64,000 nt of DNA from NCBI GenBank assembly GCA_964016885.1, contig OZ024744.1, forward strand, positions 116,312,001 through 116,376,000. The letters are read 5' to 3'. The stretch's first letter is position 1, and each line of letters begins with the position of its first letter. The translations under genes and the position numbers were made by a program. The notes under the pieces are model-generated. The model made no database searches. It was given only the letters and a program-made list of their open reading frames with translations, and was not told the DNA's origin. Positions 22,401 to 37,400 of this stretch are shown here, one piece after another. Origin of the DNA: Eledone cirrhosa. Taxonomy: Eukaryota.

Positions 22401-25400
22401 ACTGGTGTCAGTCATTAGACTGTGGCCATACTGGGGCACTACCTTGATATAGTCTACTATATCAACCTCAGTACTGCTTTACTGGTGTCAGTCATTAGAC
22501 TGTGACCATACTGGGGCACTACCTTGATATAGTCTACAATATCAACCTCACTACTGTTTTACTGGTGTCAGTCATTAGACTGTGGCCATACTGAGGCACT
22601 AACATGATATAATCTACCATATCAACCTCAGTACTGTTTTACTGGTGTCAGTCATTAGACTGTGGCCATACTGGGCCACTACCTTGATATAGTCTACAAT
22701 ATCAACCTCAATACTGTTTTACTGGTGTCAGTCATTAGACTGTGGCCATACTGAGGCACTACCATGATATAGTCTACCATATCAACCTCAGTACTGTTTT
22801 ACTGGTGGCAGTCATTAGACTGTGGCCATACTGGGGCACTACCTTGATATAGTCTACTATATCAGACTCACTACTGTTTTACTGGTGTCAGTCATTAGAC
22901 TGTGGCCATACTGGGGCACTACCTTGATACAGTCTACCATATCAATCTCAGTACTTTTTTACTAGTGTAAGTCATTAGACTGTGGCCATAATGGGGCACT
23001 ATCTTGATATAGTCTACCATATCAATCTCAGTACTGTTTTACTGGTGTCAGCCATTAGACTGTGGCCATACTGGGGCACTACCTTGATATAGTCTACCAT
23101 ATCAACCTCAGTACTGTTTTACTGGTGTCAGTCATTAGAGTGTGGCCATACTGGGGCACTACCTTGATAGAGTCTACCATATCAACCTCACTACTGTTTT
23201 ACTGGTGTCAGTCATTAGACTGTGGCCATACTGGGGCACCACCTTGATATAGTCTACCATATCAACCTCACTACTGTTTTACTGGTGTCAGTTATTAGAC
23301 TGTGGCCATACTGGGGCATTACCTTGATATAGTCTACCATATCAACCTCAGTACTGTTTTACTGGTGTCAGTCATTAGACTGTGGCCATACTGGGGCACT
23401 ACCTTGATATAGTCTACCATATCAATCTCACTACTGTTTTACTGGTGTCAGTCATTAGAGTGTGGCCATACTGGGGCACTACCTTGATAGAGTCTACCAT
23501 ATCAACCTCACTACTGTTTTACTGGTGTCAGTCATTAGACTGTGTCCATACTGGGGCACTACCTTGATATAGTCTACCATATCAACCTCAGAACTGTTTT
23601 ACTGGTGTCAGTCATTAGACTGTGGCCATACTGGGGCACAGCCTTGATATAGTCTACCATATCAACCTCAGTACTGTTTTACTGGTGTCAGTCATTAGAC
23701 TGTGGCCATACTGGGGCACTACCTTGATATAGTCTACTATATCAACCTCACTACTGTTTTACTGGTGTCAGTTATTAGACTGTGGCCATACTGGGGCACT
23801 ACCTTGATATAGTCTACCATATCAATCTCCGAACTGTTTTACTGGTGTCAGTCATTAGAATGTGGCCATACTGGGGCACTACCTTGATATAGTCTACTAT
23901 ATCAACCTCAGTACTGCTTTACTGGTGTCAGTCATTAGACTGTGGCCATACTGGGGCACTACCTTGATATAGTCTACAATATCAACCTCACTACTGTTTT
24001 ACTGGTGTCAGTTATTAGACTGTGGCCATACTGGGGCATTACCTTGATATAGTCTACCATATCAACCTCAGTACTGTTTTACTGGTGTCAGTCATTAGAC
24101 TGTGGCCATACTGGGGCACTACCTTGATATAGTCTACCATATCAATCTCACTACTGTTTTACTGGTGTCAGTCATTAGAGTGTGGCCATACTGGGGCACT
24201 ACCTTGATAGAGTCTACCATATCAACCTCACTACTGTTTTACTGGTGTCAGTCATTAGACTGTGTCCATACTGGGGCACTACCTTGATATAGTCTACAAT
24301 ATCAACCTCAGAACTGTTTTACTGGTGTCAGTCATTAGACTGTGGCCATACTGGGGCACAGCCTTGATATAGTCTACCATATCAACCTCAGTACTGTTTT
24401 ACTGGTGTCAGTCATTAGACTGTGGCCATACTGGGGCACTACCTTGATATAGTCTACTATATCAACCTCACTACTGTTTTACTGGTGTCAGTCATTAGAC
24501 TGTGGCCATACTGGGGCACTACCTTGATATAGTCTACAATATCAACCTCACTACTGTTTTACTGGTGTCAGTTATTAGACTGTGGCCATACTGGGGCACT
24601 ACCTTGATATAGTCTACCATATCAATCTCCGAACTGTTTTACTGGTGTCAGTCATTAGAATGTGGCCATACTGGGGCACTACCTTGATATAGTCTACTAT
24701 ATCAACCTCAGTACTGCTTTACTGGTGTCAGTCATTAGACTGTGGCCATACTGGGGCACTACCTTGATATAGTCTACAATATCAACCTCACTACTGTTTT
24801 ACTGGTGTCAGTTATTAGACTGTGGCCATACTGGGTCACTACCTTGATATAGTCTACCATATCAATCTCCGAACTGTTTTACTGGTGTCAGTCATTAGAC
24901 TGTGGCCATACTGGGGCACTACCTTGATATAGTCTACTATATCAACCTCAGTACTGCTTTACTGGTGTCAGTCATTAGACTGTGACCATACTGGGGCACT
25001 ACCTTGATATAGTCTACAATATCAACCTCACTACTGTTTTACTGGTGTCAGTCATTAGACTGTGGCCATACTGAGGCACTAAGATGATATAATCTACCAT
25101 ATCAACCTCAGTACTGTTTTACTGGTGTCAGTCATTAGACTGTGGCCATACTGGGGCACTACCTTGATACAGTCTACCATATCAACCTCACTACTGCTTT
25201 ACTGGTGTCAGTCATTAGACTGTGGCCATACTGGGCCACTACCTTGATATAGTCTACAATATCAACCTCACTACTGTTTTACTGGTGTCAGTTATTAGAC
25301 TGTGGCCATACTGGGGCATTACCTTGATATAGTCTACCATATCAACCTCACTACTGTTTTACTGGTGTCAGTCATTAGACTGTGGCCATACTGGGGCACT

Positions 25401-28400
25401 ACCTTGATATAGTCTACCATATCAATCTCACTACTGTTTTACTGGTGTCAGTCATTAGAGTGTGGCCATACTGGGGCACTACCTTGATAGAGTCTACCAT
25501 ATCAACCTCACTACTGTTTTACTGGTGTCAGTCATTAGACTGTGTCCATACTGGGGCACTACCTTGATATAGTCTACCATATCAATCTCACTACTGTTTT
25601 ACTGGTGTCAGTCATTAGAGTGTGGCCATACTGGGGCACTACCTTGATAGAGTCTACCATATCAACCTCACTACTGTTTTCTGGTGTCAGTCATTAGACT
25701 GTGTCCATACTGGGGCACTACCTTGATATAGTCTACAATATCAACCTCAGAACTGTTTTACTGGTGTCAGTCATTAGACTGTGGCCATACTGGGGCACAG
25801 CCTTGATATAGTCTACCATATCAACCTCAGTACTGTTTTACTGGTGTCAGTCATTAGACTGTGGCCATACTGGGGCACTACCTTGATATAGTCTACTATA
25901 TCAACCTCACTACTGTTTTACTGGTGTCAGTCATTAGACTGTGGCCATACTGGGGCACTACCTTGATATAGTCTACAATATCAACCTCACTACTGTTTTA
26001 CTGGTGTCAGTTATTAGACTGTGGCCATACTGGGGCACTACCTTGATATAGTCTACCATATCAATCTCCGAACTGTTTTACTGGTGTCAGTCATTAGACT
26101 GTGGCCATACTGGAGCACTACCTTGATATAGTCTACTATATCAACCTCAGTACTGCTTTACTGGTGTCAGTCATTAGACTGTGGCCATACTGGGGCACTA
26201 CCTTGATATAGTCTACAATATCAACCTCACTACTGTTTTACTGGTGTCAGTTATTAGACTGTGGCCATACTGGGGCACTACCTTGATATAGTCTACCATA
26301 TCAATCTCCGAACTGTTTTACTGGTGTCAGTCATTAGACTGTGGCCATACTGGGGCACTACCTTGATATAGTCTACTATATCAACCTCAGTACTGCTTTA
26401 CTGGTGTTAGTCATTAGACTGTGACCATACTGGGGCACTACCTTGATATAGTCTACAATATCAACCTCACTACTGTTTTACTGGTGTCAGTCATTAGACT
26501 GTGGCCATACTGAGGCACTAACATGATATAATCTACCATATCAACCTCAGTACTGTTTTACTGGTGTCAGTCATTAGACTGTGGCCATACTGGGGCACTA
26601 CCTTGATACAGTCTACCATATCAACCTCACTACTGCTTTACTGGTGTCAGTCATTAGACTGTGGCCATACTGGGCCACTACCTTGATATAGTCTACAATA
26701 TCAACCTCACTACTGTTTTACTGGTGTCAGTTATTAGACTGTGGCCATACTGGGGCATTACCTTGATATAGTCTACCATATCAACCTCACTACTGTTTTA
26801 CTGGTGTCAGTCATTAGACTGTGGCCATACTGGGGCACTACCTTGATATAGTCTACCATATCAATCTCAATACTGTTTTACTGGTGTCAGTCATTAGAGT
26901 GTGGCCATACTGGGGCACTACCTTGATAGAGTCTACCATATCAACCTCAGAACTGTTTTACTGGTGTCAGTCATTAGACTGTGGCCATACTGGGGCACTA
27001 CCTTGATATAGTCTACCATATCAACCTCACTACTGTTTTACTGGTGTCAGTTATTAGACTGTGGCCATACTGGGGCATTACCTTGATATAGTCTACCATA
27101 TCAACCTCAGTACTGCATTACTGGTGTCAGTCATTAGACTGTGTCCATACTGGGGCACTACCTTGATATAGTCTACAATATCAACCTCAGAACTGTTTTA
27201 CTGGTGTCAGTCATTAGACTGTGGCCATACTGGGGCACAGCCTTGATATAGTCTACCATATCAACCTCAGTACTGTTTTACTGGTGTCAGTCATTAGACT
27301 GTGGCCATACTGGGGCACTACCTTGATATAGTCTACTATATCAACCTCACTACTGTTTTACTGGTGTCAGTCATTAGACTGTGGCCATACTGGGGCACTA
27401 CCTTGATATAGTCTACAATATCAACCTCACTACTGTTTTACTGGTGTCAGTTATTAGACTGTGGCCATACTGGGGCACTACCTTGATATAGTCTACCATA
27501 TCAATCTCCGAACTGTTTTACTGGTGTCAGTCATTAGACTGTGGCCATACTGGGGCACTACCTTGATATAGTCTACTATATCAACCTCAGTACTGCTTTA
27601 CTGGTGTCAGTCATTAGACTGTGACCATACTGGGGCACTACCTTGATATAGTCTACAATATCAACCTCACTACTGTTTTACTGGTGTCAGTCATTAGACT
27701 GTGGCCATACTGAGGCACTACCATGATATAGTCTACCATATCAACCTCAGTACTGTTTTACTGGTGTCAGTCATTAGACTGTGGCCATACTGGGGCACTA
27801 CCTTGATATAGTCTACTATATCAGCCTCACTACTGTTTTACTGGTGTCAGTCATTAGACTGTGGCCATAATGGGGCACTATCTTGATATATTCTACCATA
27901 TCAATCTCAGTACTGTTTTACTGGTGTCAGCCATTAGACTGTGGCCATACTGGGGCACTACCTTGATATAGTCTACCATATCAACCTCAGTACTGTTTTA
28001 CTGGTGTCAGTCATTAGACTGTGGCCATACTGGGGTACTATCTTGATATAGTCTACCATATCAACCTCAGTACTGTTTTACTGGTGTCAGTCATTAGACT
28101 GTGGCCATACTGGGGCACTACCTTGATATAGTCTACCATATCAATCTCAGTACTGTTTTACTGGTGTCAATCATTAGACTGTGGCCATACTGGGGCACTA
28201 CCTTGATATAGTCTACCATATCAACCTCACTACTGTTTTACTGGTGTCAGTCATTAGACTGTGGCCATACTGGGGCACTACCTTGATATAGTCTACCATA
28301 TCAACCTCACTACTGTTTTACTGGTGTCAGTCATTAGACTGTGGCCATACTGGGGCACTAGCTTCATATAGTCTACCATATCGATCTCACTACTGTTTTA

Positions 28401-31400
28401 CTGGTGTCAGTCATTGGACTGTGGCCATACTGGGGCACTACCTTGATAGAGTCTACCATATCAACCTCACTACTGTTTTACAGGTGTCAGTCATTAGACT
28501 GTGGCCATACTGGGGCACTACCTTGATATAGTCTACCATATCAATCTCACTACTGTTTAACTGGTGTCAGTCAATAGAGTGTGGCCATACTGGGGCACTA
28601 CCTTGATAGAGTCTACCATATCAACCTCACTACTGTTTTACTGGTGTCAGTCATTAGACTGTGGCCAAACTGGGGCACTACCTTGATATAGTCTACCATA
28701 TCAACCTCAGTACTGTTTTACTGGTGTCAGTCATTAGACTGTGGCCATACTGGGGTACTACCTTGATATAGTCTACCATATCAACCTCACTACTGTTTTA
28801 CTGGTGTCAGTCATTGGACTGTGGCCATACTGGGGCACTACCTTGATATATTCTACTGTATCAACCTCACTACTGTTTTACTGGTGTCAGTCATTGGACT
28901 GTGGCCATACTGGGGCACTACCTTGATATAGTCTACCACATCAACCTCACTACTGTTTTACTGGTGTCAGTCTTTAGACTGTGGCCATACTGGGGCACTA
29001 CCTTGATATAGTCTACCATATCAACCTCACTACTGTTTTACAGGTGTCAGTCATTAGACTGTGGCCATACTGGGGCACTAGCTTGGTATAGTCTACCATA
29101 TCAATCTCACTACTGTTTTACTGGTGTCAGTCATTAGAGTGTGGCCATACTGGGGCACTACCTTGATATAGTCTACCATATCAACCTCAGTACTGTTTTA
29201 CTGGTGTCAGTCATTAGACTGTGGCCATACTGGGGCACTACATTGATATAGTCTACCATATCAACCTCACTACTGTTTTACTGGTGTCAGTCATTAGACT
29301 GTGGCCATACTGGGGCACTACCTTGATATAGTCTACTATATCAACCTCACTACTGTTTTACTGGTGTCAGTCATTAGACTGTGGCCATACTGGGGCACTA
29401 CCTTGATATAGTCTACAATATCAACCTCACTACTGTTTTACTGGTGTCAGTTATTAGACTGTGGCCATACTGGGGCACTACCTTGATATAGTCTACCATA
29501 TCAATCTCCGAACTGTTTTACTGGTGTCAGTCATTAGACTGTGGCCATACTGGGGCACTACCTTGATATAGTCTACTATATCAACCTCAGTACTGCTTTA
29601 CTGGTGTCAGTCATTAGACTGTGACCATACTGGGGCACTACCTTGATATAGTCTACAATATCAACCTCACTACTGTTTTACTGGTGTCAGTCATTAGACT
29701 GTGGCCATACTGAGGCACTACCATGATATAGTCTACCATATCAACCTCAGTACTGTTTTACTGGTGTCAGTCATTAGACTGTGGCCATACTGGGGCACTA
29801 CCTTGATATAGTCTACTATATCAGCCTCACTACTGTTTTACTGGTGTCAGTCATTAGACTGTGGCCATAATGGGGCACTACCTTGATATAGTCTACCATA
29901 TCAACCTCAGTACTGTTTTACTGGTGTCAGTCATTAGACTGTGGCCATACTGGGGTACTATCTTGATATAGTCTACCATATCAACCTCAGTACTGTTTTA
30001 CTGGTGTCAGTCATTAGACTGTGGCCATACTGGGGCACTACCTTGATATAGTCTACCATATCAATCTCAGTACTGTTTTACTGGTGTCAATCATTAGACT
30101 GTGGCCATACTGGGGCACTACCTTGATATAGTCTACCATATCAACCTCACTACTGTTTTACTGGTGTCAGTCATTAGACTGTGGCCATACTGGGGCACTA
30201 CCTTGATATAGTCTACCATATCAACCTCACTACTGTTTTACTGGTGTCAGTCATTAGACTGTGGCCATACTGGGGCACTAGCTTCATATAGTCTACCATA
30301 TCGATCTCACTACTGTTTTACTGGTGTCAGTCATTGGACTGTGGCCATACTGGGGCACTACCTTGATAGAGTCTACCATATCAACCTCACTACTGTTTTA
30401 CAGGTGTCAGTCATTAGACTGTGGCCATACTGGGGCACTACCTTGATATAGTCTACCATATCAATCTCACTACTGTTTAACTGGTGTCAGTCAATAGAGT
30501 GTGGCCATACTGGGGCACTACCTTGATAGAGTCTACCATATCAACCTCACTACTGTTTTACTGGTGTCAGTCATTAGACTGTGGCCAAACTGGGGCACTA
30601 CCTTGATATAGTCTACCATATCAACCTCAGTACTGTTTTACTGGTGTCAGTCATTAGACTGTGGCCATACTGGGGTACTACCTTGATATAGTCTACCATA
30701 TCAACCTCACTACTGTTTTACTGGTGTCAGTCATTGGACTGTGGCCATACTGGGGCACTACCTTGATATATTCTACTGTATCAACCTCACTACTGTTTTA
30801 CTGGTGTCAGTCATTGGACTGTGGCCATACTGGGGCACTACCTTGATATAGTCTACCACATCAACCTCACTACTGTTTTACTGGTGTCAGTCTTTAGACT
30901 GTGGCCATACTGGGGCACTACCTTGATATAGTCTACCATATCAACCTCACTACTGTTTTACAGGTGTCAGTCATTAGACTGTGGCCATACTGGGGCACTA
31001 GCTTGGTATAGTCTACCATATCAATCTCACTACTGTTTTACTGGTGTCAGTCATTAGAGTGTGGCCATACTGGGGCACTACCTTGATATAGTCTACCATA
31101 TCAACCTCAGTACTGTTTTACTGGTGTCAGTCATTAGACTGTGGCCATACTGGGGCACTACATTGATATAGTCTACCATATCAACCTCACTACTGTTTTA
31201 CTGGTGTCAGTCATTAGACTGTGGCCATACTGGGGCACTAGCTTGATATAGTCTACCATATCAACCTCACTACTGTTTTACTGGTGTCAGTCATTGGACT
31301 GTGGCCATACTGGGGCACTACCTTGATATAGTCTACCATATCAACCTCACTACTGTTTTACTGGTGTCAGTCATTAGACAGTGGCCATACTGGGGCACTA

Positions 31401-34400
31401 CCTTGATATAGTCTACCTTATCAACCTCAGTACTGTTTTACTGGTGTCAGTCATTAGACTGTGGCCATACTGGGGTACTACCTTGATATAGTCTACCATA
31501 TCAACCTCACTACTGTTTTACTGGTGTCAGTCATTGGACTGTGGCCATACTGGGGCACTACCTTGATATATTCTACTGTATCAACCTCACTACTGTTTTA
31601 CTGGTGTCAGTCATTAGACTGTGGCCATACTGGGGCACTACCTTGATATAGTCTACCATATCAACCTCACTACAGTTTTACTGGTGTCAGTCATTAGATT
31701 GTGGCCATACTGGGGTACTAACTTGATATAGTCTACCATATCAACCTCAGTACTGTTTTACTGGTGTCAGTCATTAGACTGTGGCCATACTGGGGCACTG
31801 CTTTGATATAGTCTACCATATCAATCTCAGTACTGTTTTACTGGTGTCAGTCATTAGACTGTGGTCATACTGGGGCACTACCTTGATATAGTCTACCATA
31901 TCAACCTCAGTACTGTTTTCCTGGTGTCAGTCATTAGACTGTGGCCATACTGGGGCACTACCTTGATATAGTCTACCATATCAACCTCAAAACTGTTTTA
32001 CTGGTGTCAGTCATTAGACTGTGGCCATACTGGGGCACTACCTTGATTTAGTCTACCATATCAACATCAGTACTGCTTTACTGGTGTCAGTTATTAGACT
32101 GTGGCGATACTGGGGCACTACCTTGATATAGTCTACCATATCAACCTCACTACTGTTTTACTGGTGTCAGTCATTGGACTGTGGCCATACTGGGGCACTA
32201 CCTTGATATATTCTACTGTATCAACCTCACTACTGTTTTACTGGTGTCAGTCATTAGACTGTGGCCATACTGGGGCACTACCTTGATATAGTCTACCATA
32301 TCAACCTCAGTACTGTTTTACTGGTGTCATTCATTAGACTGTGGCCATACTGGGGCACTACCTAGATATAGTCTATCATATCAACCTCAGTACTGCTTTA
32401 CTGGTGTCCTTCATTAGACTGTGGCCATACTGGGGCACTACCTTGATATAGTCTATCATATCAACCTCAGTACTGCTTTACTGGTGTCAGTTATTAGACT
32501 GTGGCCATACTGGGGCACTACCTTGATATAGTCTACCATATCAACCTCAGTACAGTTTTACTGGTGTCAGTCAATAGACTGTGGCCATACTGGGACACTA
32601 CCTTGATATAGTCTACCATATCAATCTCAGTACTGTTTTACTGGTGTCAGTCATTAGACTGTGCCCATACTGGGGCACTACCTTGATATAGTCTACCATA
32701 TCAACCTCACTACTGTTTTACAGGTGTCAGTCATTAGACTGTGGCCATACTGGGGCACTACCTTGATATAGTCTACCATATCAACCTCAGTACTACTTTA
32801 CTGGTGTCAGTTATTAGACTGTGGCCATACTGGGGCACTACCTTGATATAGTCTACCATATCAACCTCACTACTGTTTTACTGGTGTCAGTCATTAGACT
32901 GTGGCCATACTGGGGCACTACCTTGATGTAGTCTACCATATCAACCTCAGTACTGTTTTACTGGTGTTAGCCATTAGACTGTGGCCATACTGGGGCACTA
33001 CCTTGATATAGTCTTCCATATCAACCTCAGTACTGTTTTACTGGTGTCAGTCATTAGACTGTGGCCATACTGGGGCACTACCTTGATTTAGTCTACCATA
33101 TCAAACTCAGTACTGTTTTACTGTTGTCAGTCATTAGACTGTGGCTATGCTAGGGCACTACCTTGAAATAGTCTACCATATCAACCTCAGTACTGTTTTA
33201 CTGGTGTCAGTCATTAGACTGTGGCCATACTGGGGCACTACCTTGATATAGTCTACCATATCAACCTCAGTACTGTTTTACTGGTGTCATTCATTAGACT
33301 GTGGCCATACTGGGGCACTACCTTGATATAGTCTACCATATCAACCTCACAACTGTTTTACTGGTGTCAGTCATTGGACTGTGGCCATACTGGGGCACTA
33401 CCATGATATAGTCTACCACATCAACCTCACTACTGTTTTACTGGTGTCAGTCTTTAGACTGTGGCCATACTGGGGCACTACCTTGATATAGTCTACCATA
33501 TCAACCTCACTACTGTTTTACAGGTGTCAGTCATTAGACTGTGGCCATACTGGGGCACTACCTTGATATAGTCTACCATATCAATCTCACTACTGTTTTA
33601 CTGGTGTCAGTCATTAGAGTGTGGCCATACTGGGGCACTACCTTGATATAGTCTACCATATCAACCTCAGTACTGTTTTACTGGTGTCAGTCATTAGACT
33701 GTGGCCATACTGGGGCACTACATTGATATAGTCTACCATATCAACCTCACTACTGTTTTACTGGTGTCAGTCATTGGACTGTGGCCATACTAAGGCACTA
33801 GCTTGATATAGTCTACCATATCAACCTCACTACTGTTTTACTGGTGTCAGTCATTGGACTGTGGCCATACTGGGGCACTACCTTGATATAGTCTACCATA
33901 TCAACCTCACTACTGTTTTACTGGTGTCAGTCATTAGACAGTGGCCATACTGGGGCACTACCTTGATATAGTCTACCATATCAACCTCAGTACTGTTTTA
34001 CTGGTGTCAGTCATTAGACTGTGGCCATACTGGGGTACTACCTTGATATAGTCTACCATATCAACCTCACTACTGTTTTACTGGTGTCAGTCATTGGACT
34101 GTGGCCATACTGGGGCACTACCTTGATATATTCTACTGTATCAACCTCACTACTGTTTTACTGGTGTCAGTCATTAGACTGTGGCCATACTGGGGCACTA
34201 CCTTGATATAGTCTACCATATCAACCTCACTACAGTTTTACTGGTGTCAGTCATTAGATTGTGGCCATACTGGGGTACTAATTTGATATAGTCTACCATA
34301 TCAACCTCAGTACTGTTTTACTGGTGTCAGTCATTAGACTGTGGCCATACTGGGGCACTGCTTTGATATAGTCTACCATATCAATCTCAGTACTGTTTTA

Positions 34401-37400
34401 CTGGTGTCAGTCATTAGACTGTGGTCATACTGGGGCACTACCTTGATATAGTCTACCATATCAACCTCAGTACTGTTTTCCTGGTGTCAGTCATTAGACT
34501 GTGGCCATACTGGGGCACTACCTTGATATAGTCTACCATATCAACCTCAAAACTGTTTTACTGGTGTCAGTCATTAGACTGTGGCCATACTGGGGCACTA
34601 CCTTGATTTAGTCTACCATATCAACATCAGTACTGCTTTACTGGTGTCAGTTATTAGACTGTGGCGATACTGGGTCACTACCTTGATATAGTCTACCATA
34701 TCAACCTCACTACTGTTTTACTGGTGTCAGTCATTGGACTGTGGCCATACTGGGGCACTACCTTGATATATTCTACTGTATCAACCTCACTACTGTTTTA
34801 CTGGTGTCAGTCATTAGACTGTGGCCATACTGGGGCACTACCTTGATATAGTCTACCATATCAACCTCAGTACTGTTTTACTGGTGTCATTCATTAGACT
34901 GTGGCCATACTGGGGCACTACCTTGATATAGTCTATCATATCAACCTCAGTACTGCTTTACTGGTGTCCTTCATTAGACTGTGGCCATACTGGGGCACTA
35001 CCTTGATATAGTCTATCATATCAACCTCAGTACTGCTTTACTGGTGTCAGTTATTAGACTGTGGCCATACTGGGGCACTACCTTGATATAGTCTACCATA
35101 TCAACCTCAGTACAGTTTTACTGGTGTCAGTCAATAGACTGTGGCCATACTGGGACACTACCTTGATATAGTCTACCATATCAATCTCAGTATTGTTTTA
35201 CTGTTGTCAGTCATTAGACTGTGGCTATGCTAGGGCACTACCTTGAAATAGTCTACCATATCAACCTCAGTACTGTTTTACTGGTGTCAGTCATTAGACT
35301 GTGGCCATACTGGGGCACTACCTTGATTTAGTCTACCATATCAACCTCAGTACTGTTTTACTGGTATCAGTCATTAGACTGTGGCCATACTGGGGCACTA
35401 CCTTGAAATAGTCTACCATATCAACCTCAGTATTGTTTTACTGGTGTCAGTCATTAGACTGTGGCCATACTGGGGCACTACCTTGATATAGTCTACCATA
35501 TCAACCTCACTACTGTTTTACTGGTGTCAATTAGTCGACAGTGGCCATACTGGGGCACTACCTTGATATAGTCTACCATATCAACCTCAGTACTATTTTA
35601 CTGGTGTCAGTCATTAGAATATGGCCATACTGGGGCACTACCTTGATATAGTCTACCATATCAATCTCAGTACTGTTTTACTGTTGTCAGTCATTAGACT
35701 GTGGCCATACTGGGGCACTACCTTGATATAGTCTACCATATCAATCTCAGTTCTGTTTTACTGGTGTCATTCATTAGAATGTGGCCATACTAGGGCACTA
35801 CCTTGATATAGTCGACCATATCAACCTAAGCACTGTTTTACTGGTGTCAGTCATTAGACTGTGGCCATACTAGGGCACTACCTTGATATAGTCGACCATA
35901 TCAACCTCAGTACTGTTTTACTGGTGTCAGTCATTAGACTGTGGCCATAGGGACCACTATCTTGATATAGACTACCATATCAACCTCACTACTGTTTTAC
36001 TGGTGTCAGTCATTACACTGTGGCCATACTGGGGCACTACCTTGATATAGCCTACCATATCAACCTCAGTACTGTTTTACTGTTGGCAGTCATTAGACTG
36101 TGGCCATACTGGGGCACTACCTTGATATAGTCTACCATATCAACCTCAGTACTGTTTTACTGGTGTCAGTCATTAGACTGTGGCCATACTGGGGCACTAC
36201 CTTCATATAGTCTACCATATCAATCACACTACTTTTTTACTGGTGTCAGTCATTAGAGTGTGGCCATACTGGGGCACTACCTTGATATAGTCTACTAGAT
36301 CAACCTCAGTACAGTTTTACTGGTGTCAGCCATTAGACTCTGGCCATACTGGGGCACCAGCATGATATAGTCTACCATATCAACCTCAGTACTGTTTTAC
36401 TGGTGTCAGTCATTAGACTGTGGCCATACTGGGGCACTACATTGATATAGTCTACCATATCAACCTCACTACTGTTTTACTGGTGTCAGTCATTGGACTG
36501 TGGCCATACTAAGGCACTAGCTTGATATAGTCTACCATATCAACCTCACTACTGTTTTACTGGTGTCAGTCATTGGACTGTGGCCATACTGGGGCACTAC
36601 CTTGATATAGTCTACCATATCAACCTCACTACTGTTTTACTGGTGTCAGTCATTAGACAGTGGCCATACTGGGGCACTACCTTGATATAGTCTACCATAT
36701 CAACCTCAGTACTGTTTTACTGGTGTCAGTCATTAGACTGTGGCCATACTGGGGTACTACCTTGATATAGTCTACCATATCAACCTCACTACTGTTTTAC
36801 TGGTGTCAGTCATTGGACTGTGGCCATACTGGGGCACTACCTTGATATATTCTACTGTATCAACCTCACTACTGTTTTACTGGTGTCAGTCATTAGACTG
36901 TGGCCATACTGGGGCACTACCTTGATATAGTCTACCATATCAACCTCACTACAGTTTTACTGGTGTCAGTCATTAGATTGTGGCCATACTGGGGTACTAA
37001 CTTGATATAGTCTACCATATCAACCTCAGTACTGTTTTACTGGTGTCAGTCATTAGACTGTGGCCATACTGGGGCACTGCTTTGATATAGTCTACCATAT
37101 CAATCTCAGTACTGTTTTACTGGTGTCAGTCATTAGACTGTGGTCATACTGGGGCACTACCTTGATATAGTCTACCATATCAACCTCAGTACTGTTTTCC
37201 TGGTGTCAGTCATTAGACTGTGGCCATACTGGGGCACTACCTTGATATAGTCTACCATATCAACCTCAAAACTGTTTTACTGGTGTCAGTCATTAGACTG
37301 TGGCCATACTGGGGCACTACCTTGATTTAGTCTACCATATCAACATCAGTACTGCTTTACTGGTGTCAGTTATTAGACTGTGGCGATACTGGGTCACTAC

